DNA from: a virus
Virus record (IMG/VR): IMGVR_UViG_3300045988_061615
Direction: 5' to 3' (one strand)
DNA: 64,000 bases
This document shows positions 1 through 10,000 of the stretch, piece by piece. The notes beneath the pieces are model-generated. The model was not told where the DNA came from and did not search any database. It saw nothing but the letters and a program-made list of their open reading frames with translations. Each line of letters starts with the position of its first letter. Positions within the stretch are counted from its first letter, which is position 1. A program made the position numbers and the translations under genes.

Positions 1-2486
1 ACATCTCCCATATAAATCTCAAAGTTCTTAGCGTTATAAGATAGAGAAGATGTACCCTGTAGACCAATAGTAACACCATTACCTTCAGATACACCACTGG
101 GAGTACTAATAACTACCTTACCTTTACTATCTTGATAAGTGATTTTAACTGGGAACTTAGTACCCATTACTTCTACCTTGTCAGATGCAGAGAAGATAGC
201 TGTTGAGTATGGTTCAAATAATGTTGGACTATTAGATGTTTCTTCTACTAATACAATGGGGTATGGAGTATTAATCTCCATTTGTTCTACAAGTTTTGAG
301 TATAACAACTCACCAGTTAGAAATCCTCCTTTGCCACCATCTAGTGTCTTATCCCAAATTAAACAGTTGCCTGCACTATCGAATAGGTTCTTAGTTCTTA
401 ACTCAGCATCTAATGATGCGTCAATCTGACCTCTTACAAGCCTTGCTTGTTCAGTAGCAGATATGTAGTTTTGAACAATAGCATATTCACTCTGTGAAGA
501 TGTATAAATCTTAATATCGTAGATATTGACATCGGAGAATCTACTTCTTACTCCGTTATCATTTCTACATCCGAAATAGAAGTCAGTACCAAACATCCAG
601 TCAATGTCAGATTGGAGTACTCTACTTACAGCAGATAGTACACCATTAACATAGATTTTAAAGTACCAAGCATTTCCAGACAGTAATGATACATCTAGGT
701 CTACAGTAAGTAGTTCATTCTGTGGTAACTTAACTGTAAGGGTATCAGCAGAACCAATCTTACATACAGCCTTCTCTAGTGTTACTTCATAACCTGTCTT
801 TAGTTCTCCATCCTCATACTGACCTATACCACATACTACTTCCTCTGGATAAGAAGAAGCATCTGCCTTATATGTACATGAGATATGGAATCCCATAGGT
901 TGGAAGAATGATACACCAGCACTAACATCAACAGCGGGGAACATTTGGTCAGCTACTTCGAGATAACCATAGGCTTCACCACTCAACCTTGTTGCAGGTA
1001 TTTGATTTACACCATCACTATCTTGTAAGAAACCACTAGTCTTACCATTTACACCTTTCAGAGTAAAGTTTACACCATCTTGGAACTTAGATGCAAATGC
1101 ACCCTCATAGATAAACTCTCCACCACTCTTGATAGGATAGTTCCAAGTACCAGTAGCTGTATTGGGAAATCCCGTAATTTTACTGAAGTATGCCAGCAAT
1201 GTGTGCATATCATTATTAGCATATAACTCTGTACTTACACTCTCTACTATTCTACAAGTAACTGTCTTAGTATACTGGGCAGAAGTATCACCAGGGTCAT
1301 TTACTGCATATCCAAATAGAGTAATTCTTAAATACTCGTCAGCCTTATTAACAGATAAGTTTACTGTACTATATACGAACCTATTAGTTTCACTCTTATT
1401 GATGTTCTTAATTGTACCTATATCAAGTAATGACACTTCACCACTTCCATTCATTAAATGGATTTTATAATCCATATTGAATGTACTATACTTACTAAGA
1501 CCATAACTAAAGTAATAGCTAAATCCTAATTGAGAACCCTGACCATACTGAGTTAAATCCTCAATAGTTTCACCAGGATTAGAAGAAGGAGTAAACTCTG
1601 TAATATCCTCAGTTACAATAACTAGGTTATTGCTGTCTGCCACAGTAACATCGAACTTAATTTGCTCAGATGATAATATCTCACCATTAAGAGTAGTACT
1701 AGCTTGTGCTACAAAGTAGAATCTCTGTCCAGCCTTAGGATTGAAATGCTCGCTCTCAAATAATAACTTACGAGCATCATAACTTAATGCACGAATAGCT
1801 GTAGTAATGTTACTCACTCTGGCGACTTCAATGCCATTGATAGTCATCCAGAACTCTGCTGGACTTTGCAAGATATTATTAGTTACTGTATAGTTAAGAG
1901 ACACTTCTGCAACACCACCCATGTACATAGTTTTAGGTGGTATAGATTGAATCTCCAAAGAGATAGCTCCAGCTACAATCTTAACATAGGTAGGAGTAGC
2001 ATAGGTGTTCTCACTATCATAAGCGGATAGTTCCACGTCAGTAGTTCCAGATAATCCAGTAATGGTAATATCTGTCCTTGCCATAGAATACTTCTTCCAT
2101 GTTCCTAATGTTCTATTAGTAGCTAAATCTTTAGCAATTACAGTGAATGACTTTTTAACACCGCCACTCTTAATTAAGATATTAAGTGTAACAGTATTAG
2201 TAGCTGTATAGACTGTGCTACCCTCAGCTACATCAATAGTATATTCGGAGCCGTCACCACCGCCACCACCGCCACCACCTCCGATTGCACCATTAAGGTA
2301 CACCCAGGCTAGGTTTTGTTCTAACTTAGTCATTCTATTATCTAGCTTTGTAAAGCCATTGTCAATAGAAACTGATTCCCCAGCTTCATTTAAGAAGCCA
2401 GGGTTTGTCAGTTCCAATTCTGAAGCATTAGAAGCACCGTCGATTACCCATCTTCCAGTTACTTCATCATAATGTTTTATTTTCAT
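1..2486 (-). CDS. tail-associated structural protein, N-terminal part (gene runs off window start)
   Basis: Apparently uninterrupted minus-strand frame from ATG at 2486-2484 to the window edge, read by eye. Its ATG forms an ATGA overlap with the stop of the upstream 1243-aa gene. Gly9-10 linker encoded at 2254-2283. Beta-rich, fibre-like composition. Confidence 0.5.
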   Translation of the reverse strand, partial: MKIKHYDEVTGRWVIDGASNASELELTNPGFLNEAGESVSIDNGFTKLDNRMTKLEQNLAWVYLNGAIGGGGGGGGGDGSEYTIDVAEGSTVYTATNTVTLNILIKSGGVKKSFTVIAKDLATNRTLGTWKKYSMARTDITITGLSGTTDVELSAYDSENTYATPTYVKIVAGAISLEIQSIPPKTMYMGGVAEVSLNYTVTNNILQSPAEFWMTINGIEVARVSNITTAIRALSYDARKLLFESEHFNPKAGQRFYFVAQASTTLNGEILSSEQIKFDVTVADSNNLVIVTEDITEFTPSSNPGETIEDLTQYGQGSQLGFSYYFSYGLSKYSTFNMDYKIHLMNGSGEVSLLDIGTIKNINKSETNRFVYSTVNLSVNKADEYLRITLFGYAVNDPGDTSAQYTKTVTCRIVESVSTELYANNDMHTLLAYFSKITGFPNTATGTWNYPIKSGGEFIYEGAFASKFQDGVNFTLKGVNGKTSGFLQDSDGVNQIPATRLSGEAYGYLEVADQMFPAVDVSAGVSFFQPMGFHISCTYKADASSYPEEVVCGIGQYEDGELKTGYEVTLEKAVCKIGSADTLTVKLPQNELLTVDLDVSLLSGNAWYFKIYVNGVLSAVSRVLQSDIDWMFGTDFYFGCRNDNGVRSRFSDVNIYDIKIYTSSQSEYAIVQNYISATEQARLVRGQIDASLDAELRTKNLFDSAGNCLIWDKTLDGGKGGFLTGELLYSKLVEQMEINTPYPIVLVEETSNSPTLFEPYSTAIFSASDKVEVMGTKFPVKITYQDSKGKVVISTPSGVSEGNGVTIGLQGTSSLSYNAKNFEIYMGD

Positions 2487-5400
2487 TGTAATGTCTTTTC
2501 AATTACTATATTGTTGCTTGGATTGGTAGAACCATTACCTCCCACCTTTTTAAGGTCAGTATAAGCTATAGGTACATTATACTTGTAAGCCCAAACCTTA
2601 GTATTATCCTTTAGTTGAAGCTTGTATGATTTACCAAGTATTCTCTCCCTCGAAGCTGTTGTCATAGAAGGAGTCTCAACCTCATCACCACTACCTATAT
2701 TCCATATAATGTAATTAGGATATTGCTGTGCTGAGTTAACCTTTACTGTAGCAGTATTAGTTGTATTGTTCTCAATCTGACTAGATACTGGGTAGTATTC
2801 TAACAACCAAGGAATATTCTTTGCAGGTAATTCCTTATTAGAAGTTAACTTATATCCAGTAGCCTGACACATTACATATCTTACATAATTCAAGCTTGCA
2901 TCAGTGGAGATTTGAACACATTGTCTTTCTCTATCTGGTAAGCTAGTATACCATGAAGGAGTTAAGGAAGTATCGTAAACGATAGGTTCCATTGTCCTAC
3001 TTGGGTTCTCTCTTATATATCTTGAATTGGCATATGTATGTTTGTGACCACATAGGCATAGTTTAAAATCATTATCTTGCATCCATTGGCTGAACCAATA
3101 ACTACCTACTGTATTTAAGTGACTACCACCCCTCTTGATGTTTAGGTCTTTATCATAAGTTCCACTCTCATTTTTCTTTAGATAACTCATAATTAAGTCA
3201 GCCGTAATGATAGTAAATGGAGCTTCGTGACAGAACGCAACCTTCCACTTAATTTTAGCATCAGCTGCGTGTTGTGCCAAATCAGCAGTTGCCCAGTCTT
3301 TTAAGTCATTATATACATTCACACCAGTTATATCTCCGAACACGTCTGTCCTCGCTAATTCAGTGATTTCAGAGTTCATAGACAAGAAATAGGTGTTACC
3401 ATATACGAAACTATAGCAGCAGGGTATGTACACTCCAGCAGACGAAATGGGTACTGTATAAGGGTGTTCAAATGTAAAGAAAAATTCTACATTGGCTGGG
3501 TTAGTTTTACTTTTATCTTCCCCATCCCCTAACGTGTACACATCTACAGGTGTTAAATCATTGTTGCCTACTGAGTACATCTGTTCTGTATCTCTATAGA
3601 TAACATCTCCTCCCTTGTAATAGTCAATCCATTCATTAAATCTATTACCATTCTGAGTTTGGTCTCCAGTATTTAAACACCATTCATATGGATTCTCAGC
3701 TTTGTCAGAGTTGATATACTCTGCACTAACTCTCCACATTTCATACTCTTCTGCATTGAAACCTTGTTGGTCACTTACTTGTAGGAAGTTAAATCCTCTT
3801 TCAATAACCTTGTCCCTATTTCTAAGAGTAAATGACCTTTCCTCAGTCCACGCTCCGTCTCTTCCTACCTTGTAATAATACTTCTGAGTATCAGTAGGTT
3901 CGTCGAAGTCTTTAATGAACTTATGAACTGTAAATGGTGTACCATCTGTAGTTATACTTCTAATCCTATTGTATATTTTATTAGCCCAATTCTTGTGGTT
4001 GGTAGGTCTGTTAGGATTCTGGCTAACGTCTTCTGTATTGAAGTCTTCTTTCTTGAAAGACTCAAACTTATTCTCTGGAGTATATTCTTCCCCATCTTTC
4101 CTTATCCAGATATATTCATCATAATATCCAACTGATACCCAGTTAAAGCATCTAGTCTTATGTGCGTCATGTCCTAATGTACAAGTAACAATGTTAGGAG
4201 CACCCTCAACTAATAGATGTTTATTGAAGAATATATTCTTATTTTGTGATGAGTTCTTAGGAGTGTACTCTTGAATATCAATAGCAGGGTTAATCTTATC
4301 CATATTGATGTAAGTCCAGTCCTTAACATTACTCCTAGCACTCAGAGCCTTAGTAGCTTGCTTAACTGGGTCCATATTATAGTAACGCATTAATAATACA
4401 TTACTTCCCTTAGTAGCTATAGGAGATGCTTCACATGGCATTGACTTATCATTGTAGTTACCTATTCCGACTAAATCTACATACCATTTAATCACTCCAT
4501 TAGTAGTCCAAGGTGCTGTACTATTCATAACAGTAGTCTTGAAGTAATCTGTTGTTTCCTCACTACTAATGTAGAATGCACAGTCGTAACTAAATTTGAT
4601 GCAGTTATCTTTGCTAGACCAAATACTATGAGCTTGAACTCCAGCACCTTCATCCACAGCAATCTCAAGCCTTGTATTATTAAGAGTGTCATCTTTAGTC
4701 CAATACATATCAGGTTCACCAACTCTAATTAGTGTAGTATTGATGTTCTCTACTGAGCATTGAGCACCCTTAATCAAGAATGTGCCTTGAGATTTAAGAG
4801 TACCAATTAGAGGTAATGTAACCCAATCTCCACTATTCCTTTCTGTGTAATGTAAGTATAATCCTTTTAGATTTAAGTCCTTCTTACCTAGGTTACATAG
4901 TTCTACGAAATTGTGAGATACTGGATTATAATCCTTATCCTCAGATGTTCCTCCACAATATACCATATTAACATATATCTTTGGAGAGTCTTTAGAACCA
5001 ACTTCCTCTGGAATAATTGGGAAATAAGGAGTAGTATAATAAATTCCAGTACCTTGAGTCTGAGCATTACCAGCTAAAGTATTCTTATCTAATCTATAAT
5101 CATGTATATCTAACTTGCCATCCTTAACCTGAATAAGGAATGTATTCTCTTTATTCGTCATGTCAGCGAACTCAATACCAATAATCTTGGTTTTAGCTCC
5201 ACTACCACTTCCAATGACTTCGGTTAATATTCCATCCATTGTCTCTGGGTCTGGTCCAGGTCCTGGGTCTTCTCCACCACCTGTGCTACCTATTTTAATT
5301 AATTTATATGTCTTAGGGTCTTTAATCCATAATGTCTGAGTATCATAACACCATAACAATTCTTTCGGTAGGAAATCACCCTTATTAGCCTGCATTTCTG

Positions 5401-6214
5401 CATACGTACCACTTTTAATACATATATGCTTGGCATTAGGTAAATACTCTTCATACTCAGTAGGTTCAGGTGAATCAGCAAGAACTATATCCTTATTAGC
5501 CTCTTGAGTGGCATTATCCTCTTCCTCTGAAGTACCGTAATTAGGCTCCTCATTAGGCATACCATCGTAAGCATATCTCTGATTGTTGGTAAAATCACCC
5601 GAATCTATCTGGCAGTTAAATGCAAACTCTAGCTTCCGTACCTTGTCTTGCAGTACTGATATAACTTTCAATAGGTCTTGAATTACAGTACTACTTGTCA
5701 TATGTTCTTTATTCTCAGAAGTATCTATCCAAATACCTCCTTTATCTTCAGGTGGTGCATCCTGTATGTAGATTTTGGAGAAGGATTCCCAAACGAATCC
5801 ATTAAAGTAACGTATTTCATTAATATCATTAACGAATACTATTTGTCCTTTAATTCTAAGGTCGTCTCTATCAAGTAGTTCCTCTAAGGTCTCAACTACT
5901 ACAATAGACATTCCTCCACCTCCTCCACCTCCTCCACCTCCTTGTACTTTCCATACATTCCACACCCCACTATAGAATTGATACATATGGTTGTCGTCAG
6001 GTGAATTTTTAACGTAACACAGCATACCTTCCTTTAGCTTATTAGTACTAAGGAAGGCTTCCATATCACTCATATTGGTAACTTGGATGTAACCACCACG
6101 TAAGTCATTAACATCTGCTAACGGAAAGTTAGCATTGTTCTTGGGTTTTAATTGACCAATTACCTCAATATATTCATTCATGTGTATAAAAAAATAAAGG
6201 GCTGTGAATAACAC
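2483..6214 (-). CDS. large tail/baseplate-associated protein with poly-Gly linker and a possible C-terminal metallophosphoesterase-like domain
   Basis: 1243-aa ORF. Gly11 tract near the N-terminus (plus 5896-5946). Contains CHEAP(F) and LCGHKHTY, which resemble the GNHE and GHxH motifs of calcineurin-like phosphoesterases. Position within the tail module. Confidence 0.5.
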   Translation of the reverse strand: MLFTALYFFIHMNEYIEVIGQLKPKNNANFPLADVNDLRGGYIQVTNMSDMEAFLSTNKLKEGMLCYVKNSPDDNHMYQFYSGVWNVWKVQGGGGGGGGGGMSIVVVETLEELLDRDDLRIKGQIVFVNDINEIRYFNGFVWESFSKIYIQDAPPEDKGGIWIDTSENKEHMTSSTVIQDLLKVISVLQDKVRKLEFAFNCQIDSGDFTNNQRYAYDGMPNEEPNYGTSEEEDNATQEANKDIVLADSPEPTEYEEYLPNAKHICIKSGTYAEMQANKGDFLPKELLWCYDTQTLWIKDPKTYKLIKIGSTGGGEDPGPGPDPETMDGILTEVIGSGSGAKTKIIGIEFADMTNKENTFLIQVKDGKLDIHDYRLDKNTLAGNAQTQGTGIYYTTPYFPIIPEEVGSKDSPKIYVNMVYCGGTSEDKDYNPVSHNFVELCNLGKKDLNLKGLYLHYTERNSGDWVTLPLIGTLKSQGTFLIKGAQCSVENINTTLIRVGEPDMYWTKDDTLNNTRLEIAVDEGAGVQAHSIWSSKDNCIKFSYDCAFYISSEETTDYFKTTVMNSTAPWTTNGVIKWYVDLVGIGNYNDKSMPCEASPIATKGSNVLLMRYYNMDPVKQATKALSARSNVKDWTYINMDKINPAIDIQEYTPKNSSQNKNIFFNKHLLVEGAPNIVTCTLGHDAHKTRCFNWVSVGYYDEYIWIRKDGEEYTPENKFESFKKEDFNTEDVSQNPNRPTNHKNWANKIYNRIRSITTDGTPFTVHKFIKDFDEPTDTQKYYYKVGRDGAWTEERSFTLRNRDKVIERGFNFLQVSDQQGFNAEEYEMWRVSAEYINSDKAENPYEWCLNTGDQTQNGNRFNEWIDYYKGGDVIYRDTEQMYSVGNNDLTPVDVYTLGDGEDKSKTNPANVEFFFTFEHPYTVPISSAGVYIPCCYSFVYGNTYFLSMNSEITELARTDVFGDITGVNVYNDLKDWATADLAQHAADAKIKWKVAFCHEAPFTIITADLIMSYLKKNESGTYDKDLNIKRGGSHLNTVGSYWFSQWMQDNDFKLCLCGHKHTYANSRYIRENPSRTMEPIVYDTSLTPSWYTSLPDRERQCVQISTDASLNYVRYVMCQATGYKLTSNKELPAKNIPWLLEYYPVSSQIENNTTNTATVKVNSAQQYPNYIIWNIGSGDEVETPSMTTASRERILGKSYKLQLKDNTKVWAYKYNVPIAYTDLKKVGGNGSTNPSNNIVIEKTLQ

Positions 6215-6229
6215 AGCCCTTATTTGTAC

Positions 6230-6682
6230 TTATTCTACAAACAAGCTGTAGATTATTTCAAGAAAATCAGCAGCCTTTAGTTTAGTGCCATTAATTTCTA
6301 CATCATTACCTGAATTTACGTCCACAAGCTCAAAATACTCTTCCTCGGTGAATTTACCATCCCAATCTAACTCTTCATTACTCTTTTCAGTAAGATAGGT
6401 GTCATAGCCATCCTTGATGTCAGCATTCCACTGGTTTAGTTGCGCTGCTTCTTCCTCGTTCTTTCCCTCTTTGGCAGCAAGAGCATCATAACCCTTTGGT
6501 TTAAGATTCTCCACGATAGACTTTAAATCTCTCTCAAAAGCTGACTTAATTTTTGATAACTCAAGTCTCATCGACATAACCTTTACCTTTAAAGTTTTAG
6601 GTAGCTCAGCGTCGTCAGACTTTAATAGAATCTTACTAATAAAATTGTGTTTTACGAATGCATCATTTAACGTCATATTCAT
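6230..6682 (-). CDS. hypothetical protein (structural module)
   Basis: 150-aa ORF tightly packed between tail genes. Confidence 0.5.
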   Translation of the reverse strand: MNMTLNDAFVKHNFISKILLKSDDAELPKTLKVKVMSMRLELSKIKSAFERDLKSIVENLKPKGYDALAAKEGKNEEEAAQLNQWNADIKDGYDTYLTEKSNEELDWDGKFTEEEYFELVDVNSGNDVEINGTKLKAADFLEIIYSLFVE

Positions 6683-6954
6683 TATACATTTTTAAGTTCT
6701 ACCACAGTAGCATCTAATAGTGCCACTGCCTTACCATCTATACCATTAGGGATACTACTCACACTTTGTGAGAAGTCTCCTTCCATCTCAAAGTAAGAGA
6801 AGTTGCCAGCATAATTGTCGTCTAATGTAAAGAACTGACCATTGAAATTGGTTATTCTCTTAGTTGCATCAAATGTAACATCTCCTACTAGTTTTAGGTC
6901 ACTAGTTTCGTTGGATACGTTGTAAATTTCTCTCTTGTTACTTAATTGTATCAT
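6682..6954 (-). CDS. hypothetical protein (structural module)
   Basis: 90-aa ORF whose stop overlaps the downstream start. Confidence 0.45.
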   Translation of the reverse strand: MIQLSNKREIYNVSNETSDLKLVGDVTFDATKRITNFNGQFFTLDDNYAGNFSYFEMEGDFSQSVSSIPNGIDGKAVALLDATVVELKNV

Positions 6955-7065
6955 AATTTATATTATTTAGTCTGTCATTTAATACTTGTACAAATATACA
7001 AACAAATACCTGAACTACAAAAGAATTTTAAGTAAATAAAGTTAAATTTGTATAAGTGCCTGATA

Positions 7066-10000
7066 TTATAACTTTCTTAAGAATCTCACTGCCCTATACT
7101 TGGGTATTAATGTGAAATAAGCGTATGTGCTACTATTATAGTTGTATCCAGTTGAGTTACACTTACTACCTGTTCTAAATATACCCTGGTGGGTACTTTC
7201 TCCAGAGTCGTGACCTCTATTATGCTTACCATTCAGGCTGGAAATTTTCTTAAATTCTTCATCAGATGAACTCTCAGTATATGTACCGCCCCAATAGTTA
7301 TTAGTACCATTAACAAATCTATGATAGTGGTTTGGTAAATAATCGCCATCGACTGTTACATAATCGTCACCACCAATAGTATTAACCCCAGCACTGTACG
7401 TATTCTTAACACTCGTACCCCATCCTGGATGTCTTGCAGTACCTGCACCCATGGGAAATCTACCATCAAATAATGATGTAATGTCTTCCCATCCAGATGG
7501 AATATTATCACCCAGCCACATAATGATTGTACCACTAGGTATAGCGTTAGCTACGTCCTCAGTAGTAGCTAGTGCTTTCCAGCTTTGCCACCCAGAGTTA
7601 TATCTTCTTGTATAGGTTCTATCATCCCACATGTTTTGTACTATCTGGAAACCATAAGCCTGGTCACCAGGATTAGAACCGATAGTGATACCATTACTAT
7701 ATCCAGCACTACTGTTATTAGCCTGACCAATATTCCAAGAATAGAATACCTTAGCACCATATCCTGGATGAGAGCCATCTGGACTTGCAGAATGCCCAGA
7801 TAGCATATTAGCTCTTTCAGTTGAATCAGCTACAGTAGCTCTATCAGCTTTAGATGCTATAGCACATGTTCCTACTCTACTACTAGCTTCTTGCTCCCAT
7901 TCATTATTTAGTCTACTGGTTCTTGGTGCTACATAGTCAGGGTATGTACTATCTCCAATATTAGTATTACTTGAATAGACAGAGAATGAACGTCCGTCGG
8001 TAGTCCTGTACTGATAATTAGCTCCACCTCTCATATATAGTACTAGTGCACTTCTGTTATTTCTTTGTTCAAGACCATAACAAGGGTCATCATTAGCAAA
8101 AGAATATGAATGTCTATATATTCTTAAATACCAAGATATAGTTCCCCAACCTCCACCAATCCAGTCGAAATCAAATTGGAATGAAAAACCACCACCATGT
8201 GCAGACCATGAAGGTACATTAGATGACAGAGCATTACAGAATGTTACTCTTACTGGAGTACTATTACCAGGACTTGCATACATTACACAAGGATACCATG
8301 TATTAGAATCTAAATGTGTTAATGATAGAGTTTGTTGACTATTAGCATTAACATAGTTAGCTGTTACATTACCGTTATGTACACCGTCTAATAAGTCAGC
8401 GTTAAGATTTGTCCACAGTCCTGAACCACTTACAAAGTGGTTGGAACCGTTATATCCAAACTGATAACCACTTTTGCCCAACTTAATCATACCTGCACTA
8501 TTATTAGTAGTACCCATTATACCTATGGTATTAACCATATTGCAATCTCCAATATAACAATCATCACCTACCAACAATCCACTATATGTACCATTCAACC
8601 CAGCTGATTGTATAGTTAATCTACCTGTCATAGTATCTCCTGTAACATTGACATACGCAGAATCATGGTTATGTGTGCTTAGTGATATAGGTATATCATC
8701 TACGGCAAACTGACCATCACTTCTCATACCAAATCTCTTAGCATACCTATTACCCCAGTGAAATGTTATTGCAGGAGAATAACCCCATGCTAATTGAGTA
8801 TTAGTAACATTTCCATATTCTCTAATCTGGATAGCACCTCCGTATGAAGCATCTGTACTCCATGAGTTCCAAAGCATTTGAGCACTCTTAGAACCACCTA
8901 CTTGAGAGTTAATTTCATCCTTAAATGCTAATATTCTACTATAGGATGCACCTCCATACACATTACCTGCCACATAGACATTTTTGTTAAACCAGTGTCC
9001 AGAACTAGCATTAGTATTATGATGTGTGTACGCACCATTATCATTACTAATGGATGAGGTAACTCCATTCATAACCCATGACAATCTACCTGTCATAGTA
9101 TCTCCAGCTTTATTAACTTTAGTATTGGGGTCGAAGTTAGCTGAGTTCCATATAGTATATACGCTTCCCCAAGTTCCATTAGCTCTAGACTTCATGTAAA
9201 GGTTTCCACCAGTACCATAGTCATGATATATCTTACACTGATAGTTAGCGCTGTCTGAGTGCATTAATGTTACACCATAAGCACCAAGATTGTTATCTCT
9301 CCAGAATCCAGCTCTACCTAAATCATCAGAATTACCAGTCCTTTCGTTTACACCACAAGAGCCATATGTAGAATAGATGAACTGATTCAAAGCCTTATGT
9401 CCTCCATCTCCAAGTAATACATAGGCAGCTGAAGAACCACTCTTTATAAAAGCAGGTGCTGTTACTCCGTTAGACTTTATTGACATCCATTGAGTTAAAG
9501 TAGAACCACTCTTTCCAGAGAATTTAAAGTACTCGTTACCATTATTACCAGTTTCAAATCCAAGATACGAATCAGCATCACTATCTCCTGTATTCTTAAA
9601 GTGAATTTTAGCATAGTCTGTGTTCCTAGACCATTGTACTACTGAATCAGTGGATATTGTAATACTACCCGTCATCGTTCCACCAGCTAAAGGTAAGAAC
9701 TTACCATCAGCCCATCCTGTAGTAGCTAGCTGCTTCCATGCTTCCCAAGCTGTACCAGTGCCAAATCTAACCCACACATTAGAATTATCAGTAAATCCAA
9801 GCTGAGCCGCCTTACCACCAGACCAGTCAGAAGTACTACCATACTTTCTAACAGTTAGTAATCCTGTGTAACTACCACCATCAGTGAGGTTCGCCTTGGC
9901 ATTAGATTTAAAATCCAACCAAACACCTGCTGAATGTTCTTGTGGAGTTGACGCTGTTTCTCTATTATCAATATGGTTTATAGTATTGTGAGAGTGCTCT

